Assembly (NCBI RefSeq): GCF_009914755.1
Contig: NC_060937.1
Reading direction: 5' to 3' (one strand)
Length of the DNA stretch: 64,000 nt
Source of the DNA: the human T2T-CHM13v2.0 reference genome, Homo sapiens
Part shown: positions 1 to 12,856 of the stretch, in pieces
Position numbering within the stretch: position 1 is the stretch's first letter
How the letters are laid out: each line of letters opens with the position of its first letter
Made by a program: the position numbers and the translations under genes
Notes under the pieces: model-generated
Seen by the model: the letters and a program-made list of their open reading frames with translations, nothing else
What the model was told of the DNA's origin: nothing
Database searches by the model: none

Positions 1-46
1 TAGATAGATAGGGACATAGGTGATGGTAGAGATATAGACTAGATAA
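1..46. repeat. Degenerate (GATA)n simple repeat
   Basis: tagatagata...gatatagactagata at the window start. Confidence 0.6.
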
Positions 47-228
47 ATCAGAACTCTGAGAGATTAGAAACTTCAACATCCACAAGAGAGTAAACAAGGG
101 AAGAAAGAAGCCTTATTCTATTTTGAGGTCTTTCTTTGAACATTACAAATAATTTCTCTCCTTCCACTGCCTCCTTTAATTTATATTGGGGTCCCTTAGT
201 TCTGGGTCAATTTGTTAAAATGAGCAGG

Positions 229-905
229 TTATGAGATGTTGAGTGAGGAGCCCACACGACTGTCCTCCTGAGGTCCCGCACTGCCATCTGAGCAGGAGCA
301 GGCGTCTGTCACGCTGAAGACCTGCGTGCTACTCTGTGGTTTCAGAATCCTGGTAGAGGAGAGCGTTACTTTAAGAAGCAGACACGTGAGCCTCCAGATG
401 CAGCCAAGCATGAAATCAGCTCGGGTGGATAACCTTGAACAGCGACAAAAGAACAATCTCCTTCCAAACTGGGCTAGGAATTTGTATTACTGAACTATGC
501 CAAGTTCGAAGGAGGCAAGTACGGTTGCTTGAAAGTTATGGGAAACAAACAAATAAAAACTAAAGAAATCCAGATCTTTCCAGGTGTAGACAAATGCTCT
601 ATTTCTGGATGACAGGTTTGATTTGCTTAAACACATTTCAATGAATTGAAGGTTGGAGTTGAGAGTGTGTCGTGACACATTCCTGTCTTACCAGAATAGG
701 GGGGAGGAAATTGCTGATCCCGGGAGCTAAAGCACCTTTTTTCACACACGTGGTCGGCCTTTGGCACTTTTGTCACATGCACATTGCCTGCCAGCTCCTC
801 CACCCTCCACTGGGTGAGGAGACGCTGCTGCCTTGAGTCAGGACCTGCATTAATGGGGGCGTAAGGTTTTTACTCAGCGGAGGAGACACCCCCACCTAGT
901 GAAGC
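229..905. promoter_or_regulatory. Relatively GC/CpG-rich unique segment, candidate enhancer or promoter
   Basis: Visibly more CpGs than the flanks; CACGTG E-boxes near 383 and 746; AP-1 TGAGTCA at 834-840; no repeat recognised. Function is inference only. Confidence 0.3.
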
Positions 906-1313
906 TAAAACTGAAATCTGATCATGAGGGAGAGGTTGTGTTGGTCTTGCCATTACTATGTGTTCATATCATATGTTAAATTTTACGTATTTCCTTTTCC
1001 ACTTATCAGATACACTTTATATCAGTGCTTTCCTCCGATGAATTAAGATTGTATTTCTATTTTCAAATTATTTAAAAAATTGGAAATCTTTAGAGAGAAA
1101 TGTTTTGTACCACTAGTTTGTTCTTACTACCAGATGAGTTTGATGGTGGGGCGGAAAGTGTTTCTTTAGGTTGGAAGTTAGAATGTATTCTCGAAAGTTT
1201 AGATTCTCATCTAAACTGATTCATATAAACCAATAGTCTAACAAAGAAAATGTGAATTCACTTACGTGTTTTCATTTAGATGTTACCAACAATTATTCTA
1301 CAATTTGTAAGAA

Positions 1314-1358
1314 TGTGTGTGTGTATGTATCTCTTGGTGCGTGTGTGTGTGTGTGTGT
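1314..1358. repeat. Interrupted (TG)n microsatellite
   Basis: Direct reading. Confidence 0.85.
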
Positions 1359-1939
1359 TTGGTGTATTATTAATTCTATTTCTTAACTATTTTAGGTGTT
1401 TGTAAATTAATTTGACTTAGCAAATTCTGGAAGCCATATTCATAGTTTTTATTTAAATCTAGACACATAAAGTCTTTTTTATTAATTTTCTCATGTCACA
1501 GTTTTCCACACTCACTCATTATGTCTAAAACCCAGTAGCTTCTAGAGGTAAATTGCTTTTTAGGAGAATATTCGCTAAGTATCTACACTCTATTTTAGTT
1601 CCAAAATCTTTTAAGTTGGAAATGTGCATGTGCCTGGGAAAATTGAAATCAAAATTAAATTTTCTGTCAAGGAAAATATAAAATTTGAAATCACAAATGA
1701 CTCATTCCTTTCTAATGACTATTTTGCATCACTATTATTAATGACGTTTTAGAAGGTTTACACACATTCAAAATGTTAGTATCTTTTGATATTAACAAAT
1801 GAAGGGAACACTTTCGACAATCAAGCTTTGGGTATTTTTTACATTTATTAAATATGTGATTGAAATTTATTTAATAAGCATTCCTGAATGACAAAAATAA
1901 TTTAAATGCTGCTACTTTTAGAAAGATTAGAAGACGTGC

Positions 1940-2105
1940 GGCAGAGGGCTTGGGGTCATGAGTCTGGAGTATTGGACACATATACTAGTTATTCCACTAA
2001 CTGGTTATGCTACCTTGCAAAATCCTTAATAGGGCTAAGCTATATTAGGGTCAGTTTCCACATGCATAGGCTGTGGTGTTTAGAATGATCTATTTAAAAT
2101 TTATT
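1940..2105 (+). mobile_element. MIR-family SINE remnant
   Basis: gagtctggag...ccactaactggttatgctaccttgcaaaatccttaa...tcagtttccacat resembles the MIR core. Confidence 0.55.
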
Positions 2106-3352
2106 TCAAAAATTGTATTGCTGTAATAAATGACAGTTGTTATTGCAAATTCTTCTATTATTATTAATATTATCAACACATTAATGTTAAAACAGTTGAG
2201 AAGTATACCTAGCAGGCAACATGTAAGTAACTATGCTGGATCAGAAAAGGATACCTTCAGGCAAACATTGTTTTAAACCTGGCATGTCCTGGTGCCAAGT
2301 GTGAGACAAGAGATTTCAATAAACAGCTTCTTCCACTCTTTTCTTGAGGATTCCATAAACAAGTCTCAGAGAGAACACATATTCACCATAGATTTTAAAA
2401 TGCACGTAAACAACAATAGACAAGATAACTGAAAAGCATTCAAAATGTATGCATATGCAAAGGGGAAATGCGAAGCCAGGTGATACTTTTTATTATTAGA
2501 GTTTAAAGAGCCCGTTTGGAAGAGATTAATGGTTCACCATCACTGTGTCTCATTTGGCTCTGTTTTTTGACTAAGTTTTTACTTTCAGAAAATGAAATGA
2601 TATTTCTGAATACATTTCATCGTAAGAATATTAACAAAGGACACGGTCATTAATGAAAACAGGCAAGGCGATTCACATAGGCAGACTCACCTCATATCCT
2701 CGGTCTGATGCTAGGTGCAGAAAATGGCATTCTTCAATTTCCCAAAATAAGAAAATCATCCTTTTATTAATTAATTTGTATCTCTAATGTTTTTTAAATT
2801 TAGTAAACCCAAAACTTGAAATACTTGTTAATACAAGTGGCTTAAGATGGAAATTCTTTGCACCATTTACATTTTAGTAAAATTTATACAGAAATCCCCC
2901 CAAATGCCCTTGCTATGTAATGCCAAGGTAGTTTCTAGTCTCTCCACTCACCTTAAAAATGAACATTTGTAGTAGCACCTCAAGTAAATTGGCTTCTATT
3001 GCACAGCTATGGCTTTGGGTTTTTCTCCTTTGTGTGTTCCTTGCCCCTCCGTTTGCTGCCCCTAAAAGTTTGACCCTCTTTGTTTTCCACCCTATGTCAA
3101 TGCCCTTGAACTTGCTCCAGATCACCTGGTACAGTGGAGAAAGAAACGGGCCAGTAATGATTCCAATTTCAACCCTTACCCACCAGTGCCCTTTCTTCAG
3201 AGCCTCCAATCTCTGCCTCAAAGAGATGTCCTTTTGTAAGTTTTACTTAGAGAATTGCTAACTCCACTAAGCCTATTAAAAATGACTAGAAGTTTTTGCA
3301 CGCAATATTCTGTTGAAATAATATGAAAAATTATGTTTTGTTTCTCATTTAG

Positions 3353-3774
3353 TCAAAGTAGAATTGTTTCCAGGAAAATGGTTTATTCTCCATCTGATTC
3401 CACCACGGCTATCGCCAGGAATATGGCAGCACCTTTGTTCCAGAGAGAGGAGGACTCCTGTAAGGAAGAGGCAGAAGAGAAAGCTGGAGGTGCTGTTCAG
3501 AAGCCACAAGAGGTGGTGACAGGAAATATGAGTCCCTGAGAAGTGGGGCACATGGTATAAGTGACAGTGGTGATTGAGACACCAGCTAAATCTGGTTTGT
3601 AAGGATTTTCTGATGACAGTCTGTAACCCTTCAGCCACCTTCTAGGAAGACCGTTTCTGATCTTCAACCTTGGCATAGCCCTGAATTCTTGAGTGACTGA
3701 CTCAATCCACATTAGCTGTAGTGCCACTGTATGCTAAAGACGTTCCTCCCCGTCAGAATGGGAAAAAACAGGAC
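3353..3774 (+). other. Candidate (probably non-coding) exon
   Basis: Acceptor tgttttgtttctcatttAG (AG at 3351-3352); purine/GAAG-rich body; possible donor GAC|GTAAGG at 3774/3775. Translations not recognised. Confidence 0.25.
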
Positions 3775-3792
3775 GTAAGGCAGGGAGCTACC

Positions 3793-3856
3793 TCTGTTTC
3801 TCTTGCTAGAGTGGGGTGTGCTTATCTGTTTCTCTTGCTAGAGTGGGATGTGCTTG
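3793..3856. repeat. 32-bp tandem duplication (2 copies, 2 mismatches)
   Basis: TCTGTTTCTCTTGCTAGAGTGGGGTGTGCTTA / TCTGTTTCTCTTGCTAGAGTGGGATGTGCTTG. Confidence 0.95.
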
Positions 3857-4240
3857 GGCTTCCCCATATGGAGAGAGAACACCCCACTTGGAATGCGTAA
3901 GGATTTTTCCATGGAAACAATATTGACACAGGGAAAGCGGATCCATACTCCATGGGTTTGGAAAGCTACTCTGTGTTCAATATGTGTTAGGTTGGCTTTT
4001 ATGGATTTGCCTCAGAAGCTAACCACATTTCCGACACTCCTTCTCTAGGAAAAGGTCAAGTTCAGGGCAATGAGTTAGTAAGCCAACTACTGGAACATGG
4101 TGTATTTATATGGAACTGGAGTGAATCTCTTCATTGTGTGTGCGTATGGGAAGGCATGAGCCTCACCAACGGCATTCCTCAGCCAAACCTCGGAAGCTAG
4201 AATTCCAGCAGAGCTTCAGGATTATGATGTCGTCCTTCAG

Positions 4241-4270
4241 AAAACAAAACAAAACAAAACAAACAAAAAA
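4241..4270. repeat. (AAAAC)n simple repeat
   Basis: Direct reading. Confidence 0.85.
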
Positions 4271-6107
4271 CATTCGTCTTTATTTTAGGTGTGTTATGCT
4301 TCTATAGATAACAAGTTAAACTAAGTATTTTTTCTGTTTCACATACAAAACCTAACTGATGGGTTTGCTTTTTGATGCTTCATTACTTGAGTCTAGCTAA
4401 GTGGTTAAGGGCATGTAAAGTTCATTTCCAGCCCACAGTTCTTTAAGCATTTATTTCCTTGTCAGTGTTACTATGTCAGCAAATATGTGTGGGTGGTAAG
4501 GAAGGCCCTGGGAATACTAACCATTTACCGATTAAATAAAAAAACTGCAAAAATAATGTAAATAAGGAAAGGAGCCATCAGCTAATCCCAACATTCTAGG
4601 TTAAAAAAATCAAAGGTTTGTAAGTAAAAACATGCCAACATTGCATATGTTTTTTAGCAGATTTCTCACAACCTGAAGATAAACATTGTCCACAGTGAGA
4701 GTTAATGGTACTGAATGCCTTATCTTTTAATGTGCTTTAATCTGGTGCGTTGTCCTCAGTGAAAGGAATAAAAAGGCTAGGTTATCAAGAGAGGAAACAC
4801 AGGCCCTTATGTCTAGCTGCCTTTTACATGAATAGTTGCAAGCGGTATCTTGAGTTCTTGGACTCCGAGGAGTGGATTGTTTGTTGTCTTTGGCATACAG
4901 AAACGGGTAAACCAGTCTCCAAACAGTGATTCTTAAAAACTGGAGCAAGAAATGTATCCACTAAAGGGGAATGCGGATGTTTTTGCAAGTATGTTCCTCC
5001 ACTCCCTCCTGGTGTATCCCCCACATCCCGGGTAACATTGTGACCTGTTTTCTAGTAAGCATAACTTTAAAAGTAGACTATGATTTATAAAAATCACCTC
5101 GCCAGGTGAAGGTTTAAGATGGATGAAACAGGTTCCTTTGATCTTAATGAAATCCTTAATGGTAAAGCCAACTCAGTTGTGTGTTTCTGTTAGGGTGTTT
5201 TTCTGCATTCATTCATAGTTTCTGAAAAAAAGCAGAGCAATATGGGAAGTATATTAATCATGTTACTGCTCTGGATGGATAATATATCAAACAGTATCAT
5301 AGTTTCCTGGAAGATTTACTAAGCCTCTTCAATTACTTAACTCTTGTAGAATAATTTACATACTGGCAGAGCAGATTAAAAAAAAACAACACATGAATTA
5401 GGTCATTAACTAAGACTATTTCAGAAGCACCTGGATGAAGATAATGTTTTCATCTCCTCAATTCATCATGAAATACTGTTTTCTATGTATCAACCTGTTT
5501 TTTAAAAAACGCCTCTACAAATTATTGTTTCACTAAATCTTTTGCATCATCAATACTGTTGATCAAGGGCAAAGATTTATTAAATAATAAATTAATTTTA
5601 AGTAAATATTTTAACATTAATGTGCTTGTTTGTGGTATCAGTGTTTAATTCCAATTTGCTGATATGTCAGGCAGCAGTCAAAATTGTATGGTTTTTTTTT
5701 TTTTTTTTTAGTGGCTGCAATTCCTTTTTAGCATTTTGCCTCTTTCTCTAAATATTCTAAGCACAACTTGTATATACTGCTCACAGAGATACCCATAGAT
5801 CAAACTCGCAAAAGTGCATTTGAACAAAGGGCTTAAACACTCAAATAATTAAATTGCAGGCTTTCCTATTGATGTAAAAGACATATTATTTTTGCTTAAA
5901 CCTAATAGTCAATGGATTATGAAATTTAATACCATTAAATGTACCACCTGGAAAAAAAAGTTGATAATCTATGATGCATGCTCAGGAATAATTCTATACA
6001 GCATATATATTGGTCACAGTAACTTTTGGAAACTTTGAAATGTATTGAATATATTCCAAGTGAGTTGTCTTGTTCTTTTTTTTTTTTCTTCCCCACATGG
6101 TTTTCAG

Positions 6108-6311
6108 CTGATAGGCAGCCATTTTGTGCCTATCCCAGTTGGCAAATATAACACAATTTGATCTCTTTCCATTCTTAGAAACAATGAAGCCCTTTGTTTT
6201 TGCCTTTCAAGACGATAAATGGAATTGCAGTCATTCCTCCAGTGGCTAATACCTGCCAGCAGATCCTGAAAGATGTCATTGATTTCTAGATGTATCCTGA
6301 TTTCAAGGTTG
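6108..6311 (+). other. Candidate non-coding exon
   Basis: Long polypyrimidine tract then ttttcAG (6106-6107); alternative acceptor at 6177-6178; donor TTG|GTAAGT at 6311/6312; stops in all three frames. Confidence 0.35.
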
Positions 6312-6564
6312 GTAAGTTCGGAGAAAATGTGTTTCCTAGAATAGATAAAATATATAGTATATGGTGGTAGATTCCATTCCTAAAACTGTCTAATTTGTCT
6401 ACTCAAAAGAATGAACTGCCCAGCACTCCCATCCACGTATGGTTATCAATCCTAAGACTATAACGGCATTTGTGAAACATTCACCAAGAGATGGGGAAGT
6501 GGAGGCATGGGTATGATATGGAAGCTATGTCTTGATTTTCCTCTATTAAAATTTTCAATAATCA

Positions 6565-6875
6565 GGCCACATGGGATGGCTCAAGTCTGTAATCCCAATA
6601 TTTCAGCAGGCCAAAGCAGGAGGATCACATGAGGCCAGGAGTTCAAGACCAGCCTGAGCAACATAATGAGACTCCTTTTCCATAAAAAATACAATAAAAA
6701 ATTAGCTGGGTGCAGTTGTGTGAGCCTGTAATCCCAGCTACTTGGGAGGCCAAGGCGGGAGGATCACTTGAGCCCAGGAATTTGAGGCTGTAGTGAGATG
6801 TGATTGCACCACTTCCCTCTAGCCTGGGCAACAGAGCAAGACCCAGTCTCTAAAAAAAGGAAAAAAAGAAAAAAA
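6565..6875 (+). mobile_element. AluJ
   Basis: Dimeric Alu with AluJ hallmarks (ggaggatcacttgagcccagg, gaggctgtagtgag); A-tail; TSD-like tcaataat on both sides. Confidence 0.93.
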
Positions 6876-7160
6876 TCAATAATTAGTTATTAACATATTT
6901 CATTTACTTTCATTTTTACTAATAAATTATATATTTGTAAATAAACAAATATTTGTTCTCAGTTCAAACCAGTTGATAAAGAAGAGAAGCATATGTGAAA
7001 TAAAATCAGAATCATGTAAAACAATACATTAATATTGCTTAATTTCATATATTGTGATATACGAGTATCACAAGATGATGATTATTGCCATTTTATAGGC
7101 TTCAGTTTGAAGTGCAATTTTTTTAGAACAGTTTGCAGCAGTTTCTCCTTGATCTTTTGC

Positions 7161-7510
<350 letters not shown>

Positions 7511-7919
7511 TAAACTGAAAAATGGAATGTACAGGCATGGCTATCTAAGGGTAGCTCTTCTTTTTACCTTACATTTCATTCATAACTATTAAAATAAGGA
7601 CATATTTTATAAATTACTAAACATATGCATTTATGGAAACAGCCATATACACCAAGACACCATATGAACAAATACGTAGCCTTTATACTTTTACTGCTAA
7701 TATGTAACACCTCTAGATGTTTATACCTACTCACCTAATTTTTTTTTAAAAAATAACATTGTTTTTCTCATTATGTTTTTCTGATAAAAATTTTATCTCA
7801 CATGGTATCCCTAAAATTTCAACTTCTTTGTTTAAAATTCAGTGCAGATTTCTTCAAAAGTGTGGCTACCCGACATAAACATCCTCTACCCAGATTCCAT
7901 CTGAAGTGCTGAAAGATGA

Positions 7920-8030
7920 AAAGTATATGGGCTTTGGTGCTTGGCAGAACTGAGTCCTCTTTCCAGCAATGACCTTAGCTCACATACGTTTTCTATTCTG
8001 TAAAATAAAGGCAATAAAACAGGAATATTG
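7920..8030 (+). mobile_element. MIR remnant
   Basis: gggctttgg...tgacctt...ttttctattctgtaaaataaaggcaataa. Confidence 0.45.
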
Positions 8031-8078
8031 TGCTGTTTCTCTGAGCTGATATGCTACACAGAGATCGCGGTGCATGGC

Positions 8079-8124
8079 TTTTTTTTTTTGAGACGGAGTC
8101 CCGCTCTGTCGCCCAGGCTGGAGT
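8079..8124 (-). mobile_element. Extremely 5'-truncated Alu (about 35 nt of 3' end plus tail), young
   Basis: T11-gagacggagtcccgctctgtcgcccaggctggagt; CpGs intact; no TSD visible. Confidence 0.9.
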
Positions 8125-9410
8125 CAAATTGTCATTATAATTGTTTTGGTTATGACCTCTAAAATGATAACTATTATTTATAACTGTTATAATTAGATAA
8201 CAATTTGAAAATGTTTATAATAACATTGTTAATTCAAAAAAGTGATTGTTATAGAACCATACTCTAGGTTTCCAATTAAAAAAAACTCTGCATAATGAGA
8301 AAATAGTAAATAAAATGTTCCGTAAGTGGCATATTGCTAATGAATATTTTTTAAATAAATAATATTTGTTTAATAAAATATACACAATTATAATGTCTTA
8401 AAAGAGATTGTAAAATTGTCACCAATAGTTGATGACTCATGAACAAGGTGTGGAAATTTATCAAAGTATTTATCCAAATAATGCTAAATGACCTGGATCC
8501 TGAAAACACACTCAACATAACATATTTTGAAAAAGAGCCAATATTTAATATGAATCTGCTATGACTTTGGAGGACCACTGCACAGAATTATCTCCTAGGA
8601 CAGAGTACAAAATTGCTCCCCAAAATGCCAAGATTATTCGGTCACTACTCAAAAAGAATGTAAAACTTTATTCTGAGCATTTTGATTGAATAAAATACGA
8701 AAATGTGAACACTTTTATGTTTTTTCAATAAGAGAGATGCAGAAAGAAAAAGGTATTTAGTCTTGTGTCCTATCCTTTCTTTTTAGGATAGTAGATTAAA
8801 TATTTGAGACGGGTAGAAGGGAGAGTCATTGTTTTAATACATTTGTTTCACAGTGACAAGATTTGTCTTGAGACTGGAAATTAGGGAGAAAATATTACTA
8901 GTGGATCTTGTAAAAGACTAAGCGTCAGCACTAAGGACAAAGGGGAATCAAAAGTAACACAGGTAACTCTAAGTGTGTTTGGTACATTACAAGGATGTTA
9001 ATACCATGGATATTAATTTAGCAAGATTCTAATTTTAATTTGGGAAGAGTGGATAGTTGTGAAGATTCTACTTTTATTTTGAATATGGGTTTCAACAGAT
9101 TATTAAAAAGAAGATAGATATTTCTTGGTCAGTCACACATATATTCACTTTTATATTTTTGACACAAAAATACACTGCCGACCCTTCCCATAATATATAC
9201 CCAAATGTATGCAGTATCTGTGAAAAATACACCATAAATATTTAATTATGTAGGCCCTGATGCAACCCATGTAAGGAGCGAAAATCTAGGAAAATTCCCT
9301 ATAACAAATTATAGAATGTTGTATTGATTGCATTATAGCCGTATAAACCTTCTCTTCCTACCAAACATCTAAGATTTAGTTCTTATTCTTATAGGTAAAG
9401 CCAGTTATTT

Positions 9411-9450
9411 ATGTGTGTGTGTATATATATATTATGTATATATATATATG
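9411..9450. repeat. (TG)n(TA)n microsatellite
   Basis: Direct reading. Confidence 0.8.
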
Positions 9451-10807
9451 CATACAGAGAGACAAATACAGATTTTTTTGTTTATGTAAAAGTAATTTAA
9501 AATTTTCAAACAGCAGCAACTCAAATGCTCATAGGATTTACTGTGTTAGACATCAAATAAATTCGTAACTTTTCCTTGTGCTACAGAGATGTAATAGACA
9601 GCAGATCATATCATGTTAGAATGATCACATCATTCAAGAGGCAAGTAGGTGACTGAGGGTCTAACAACCTTGCCGGAAATTATATAATGAGAGTGCCATG
9701 GGGGCCAGACCTAGATCTTCTAGTTTTCAAATTAAATATCTGCTTCATATAGGCAAAAATGTTAATCCATTTGTGTGTTTTTTCCTAAAAATGAAAGTAG
9801 TATATCCCTTTGCTTTTCGTGTCGTTAAAACATAAAAATAATTTAAGATAATGCTTTGTCACCTTGGAAATCAAAAGCCTTTTAAAAGTGTTTTGTATTA
9901 TGCTTACCAAAAAATGTTAAAAATGCATATGATTTCGAGAATAAATTTTAATCTTATGCTGTCTTGAAAACTACCATACCCCACAATGAATTTGAACATT
10001 ATTTTAAGGAAAATAATTGTTTTATTGCAGCTTGTCAGGACCTACAAGAACTGACATTTAGCGGCACAAGGTTTAAAGTCCCTTTGTAACTATATTAAGT
10101 TCTATGGCTTAGATATTCTAGGGTATTTATGTATATCTCTCTCATTAAAGGCCATTAAATGTGGTACATTTCTTCCGTAAGATTACAATCTACTTGGAGA
10201 CGAAAAAGTACACATGTAACACAAAATAAGAAGCATTACAGAGTTTTGCACATCAAAAATGGCAAAACTATAAACTCATAGAATGTCTAAATGTTGAAGT
10301 TATGGTATTTATTCCTATTTTATTGGTTTGGGGTCAGAAAATGTGTTCAATTTCAAATATGTTCAAAATATAAAACCAAGTGATTCTGTTAGCATTTTCA
10401 TTTGATTCATTTGATTATCAGCTTAAGAAACAACAGTCTAAATGGTGATTCCTCATTTCACTAATCTGAATGGTTCTGCTTTGGATATTTTGATAAAAAT
10501 CAACTGTTTTTTATGTTGCTTTCAAAAATTAGATTGGTAAAGATAATGAAAACAAAAATAATAATACCTGAGCATTTCTCCATTTTTTCTCAGCTAGGAT
10601 GTGGAGCACATGTAACGGCAGCCTCGTCGATATCAGCTTCACGGATGCCATGTTGAGGTGGCTGCAGCTGTCATTCTGTGTCATGTCACTTTGCATGGTG
10701 CCTTATAATGGATGCTGACATGAGGTAGCAGGCTGCCCTCACACCTATGAAAGCAAACTTCAAATGAAAGCAGGTGGCTCCTTCTTTGCTGCAGTAACTA
10801 GTGTGGC

Positions 10808-10930
10808 AAATAAAATATTTAATAAATATTTTAATAAATAAATAAATAATACATAAATTTAATTTTTAATATATTTAATGAACAAATTTAATAAATAAAA
10901 TATTTAATGAATAAATAAAATAAAATCTAA
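10808..10930. repeat. AT-rich low-complexity tract (aataaatatttaat units)
   Basis: Almost exclusively A/T with repeated aaatatttaat/aataaat. Confidence 0.85.
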
Positions 10931-12397
10931 TTGTGGAGAAGGATATTATATTGCTAAAATTGAACTGCATCTAGTAATTCCTGATAATAAAAGATAAATG
11001 TTATTTGTTCTAACACATGCTTTCTCTTGAATCATGTGACAAAATAGAAATCAGTCTAATTAAATTTGTTTGCTTTTTATATTGCGCTAGGTATCAAAAT
11101 AGAAAATACACGACAACCAACCTCCATTGCTACCATCATTATTTAAAAATTGTTTTTCACGGTTATTATAACATTGGTGCTTTTATATTTTTGTTCAGTG
11201 ACACTGAAATGAAAATGATTTAACAGCCAATTCCTGTCACTTTGGTGGAAGTGACAGTAGGTTTTTCTTTTTTGCCACTGATGAATCTGGATTTTTAAAT
11301 TGTGGCAAAGAGTAGCCAATGCAGATGTTAGCAAAAGTTTTCAGAGAAAATAACTACTTCAACAGAATACAGATTGAAAAATTGCAGATAAATAAGGCCA
11401 AATGTAGCTAAACTATTCCTATATTACATTAAATTTCAGGCTAGGTCAGTGAATACCGAAAATAAAACCTAATTATTCCCAGTTGAAAAGTTCAATGTCA
11501 CCATTATGATCTGACCTACTTTGGAAGCTCTTGAAGTTTCTTTGCTGCAATGATGAGCAGGTCATCTATTTTTTAAAACATTCAGCTGCTGAGTGATACA
11601 TCATAGTTATGATTATAAAATTGATATTTTATATGATAAATGAAATTAATTATGAAGAAGAGGATATATAATTTAGTGAATCTCTGTTTAGTGGTAGAAG
11701 TAAATATATTTTGATGCAATCAAACTAATATTTTAAAAATATAATTAAGTAGGTCAATTAATCTAATAAATTAAATGTAACACTTCACTAGTTTAATAAT
11801 TAGTTTATACAGCCTTTTAAAATGTAACTATTCGGTATAAAGTTTTATTTTTCTTAGTCCTTATAAAGATATATGTTAGTTTTCATTTTAAGTAAATAAG
11901 TTTTATATGAAAAATTAGTCTTACTTCATAGGGACATTTTTAAGTTCAAAATATAGACACAAAAATAAATGTACCAATGTAGTGCTTTGAAATTATTTTC
12001 TTGGAGGTTTCACTAAGTTGTCTCAATATGTCTTACTCTTTCTATAGCAAAAGAAATTCATATTCAAGTAGTTTTTATATGTTCTATGTGAAACTATGAT
12101 GTGGACTTTGGAAAGGATATATTACTATTTTTCATGAATGAAGTAATCAAATTGGGTATATATATATATTTATACCTATATTTCTATACTTTAAAATGTT
12201 TTGAACTAGTCTGTCTAGTATGATGTCACAGAAGTTGGGGTTGGATAATGTTAGCTTAGTATTCCTTGTTTGAAACTCAATTGTGAAAGACCCGTTCATT
12301 TGCTGTTTATAGTTGAGGTTATATAATTGGCTCTGGCCAATTAAATATTCTATACTTACCTCATAAAAAGATCAGTGAGCATAAACTAACCAAGATA

Positions 12398-12440
12398 AAT
12401 AGATGATAAGTAGCTAGCTAGCTAGATAGATAGATAGACA
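12398..12440. repeat. (TAGC)n(TAGA)n simple repeat
   Basis: Direct reading. Confidence 0.8.
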
Positions 12441-12441
12441 G

Positions 12442-12856
12442 AGTCCTAGTCTATTTGCGTTGCTATAAAGAATACCTGAGTCTGGGTTATTTATAAAGAA
12501 CAGAGGTTTATTTGGCTCACAGTTTGCAGGTGGTATAATAAAAACAGTGCCAGTGTCTGCTTTTGGTGAGAACCTCAGGAAGCTTTCAATCATGGTGAAG
12601 GCAAAGAGGGAGCAGACATCACATGGTGAAAGAGGGAGGAAGAGACAAGAGAAGGAGGTGCCAGAGTATTTTTAACCTTCAGATTTCATGGGAACCAACA
12701 GAATGAGAATTCACTCATTACTGTGAGGATAGTAACAAGCTATTCATGAGGCATCCGCCCTCATGACCCAAACACCTCCCTCCAGGCCCCACCTCCAATT
12801 TGGGGGATCAAATTTCAACATGAGATTTAGAGGGGACAAATATCCAAGCCATATCA
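12442..12856 (-). mobile_element. MaLR solo LTR, MST family (MSTB-like)
   Basis: gttgctataaagaatacctgag...gaggtttatttggctcac...caaatttcaacatgagatttagaggggacaaatatccaagccatatca. Confidence 0.88.

Noticed and set aside
2913-3261. Overlapping ~100-aa ORFs on both strands, with a minus-strand donor AG|GTGAGT near 2946-2953
   Set aside because: No recognisable homology or domain; ORFs of this length are expected by chance
3333-3539. 68-aa acidic ORF (…EEDSCKEEAEEKAGG…) as a host coding exon
   Set aside because: Not recognised as any known protein; composition is explained by a purine-rich tract. Kept only as a low-confidence exon candidate
8380-8580. Possible hAT-Charlie fragment ending in gaggaccactg
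   Set aside because: Only a TIR-like end is recognisable; too weak to call without Dfam
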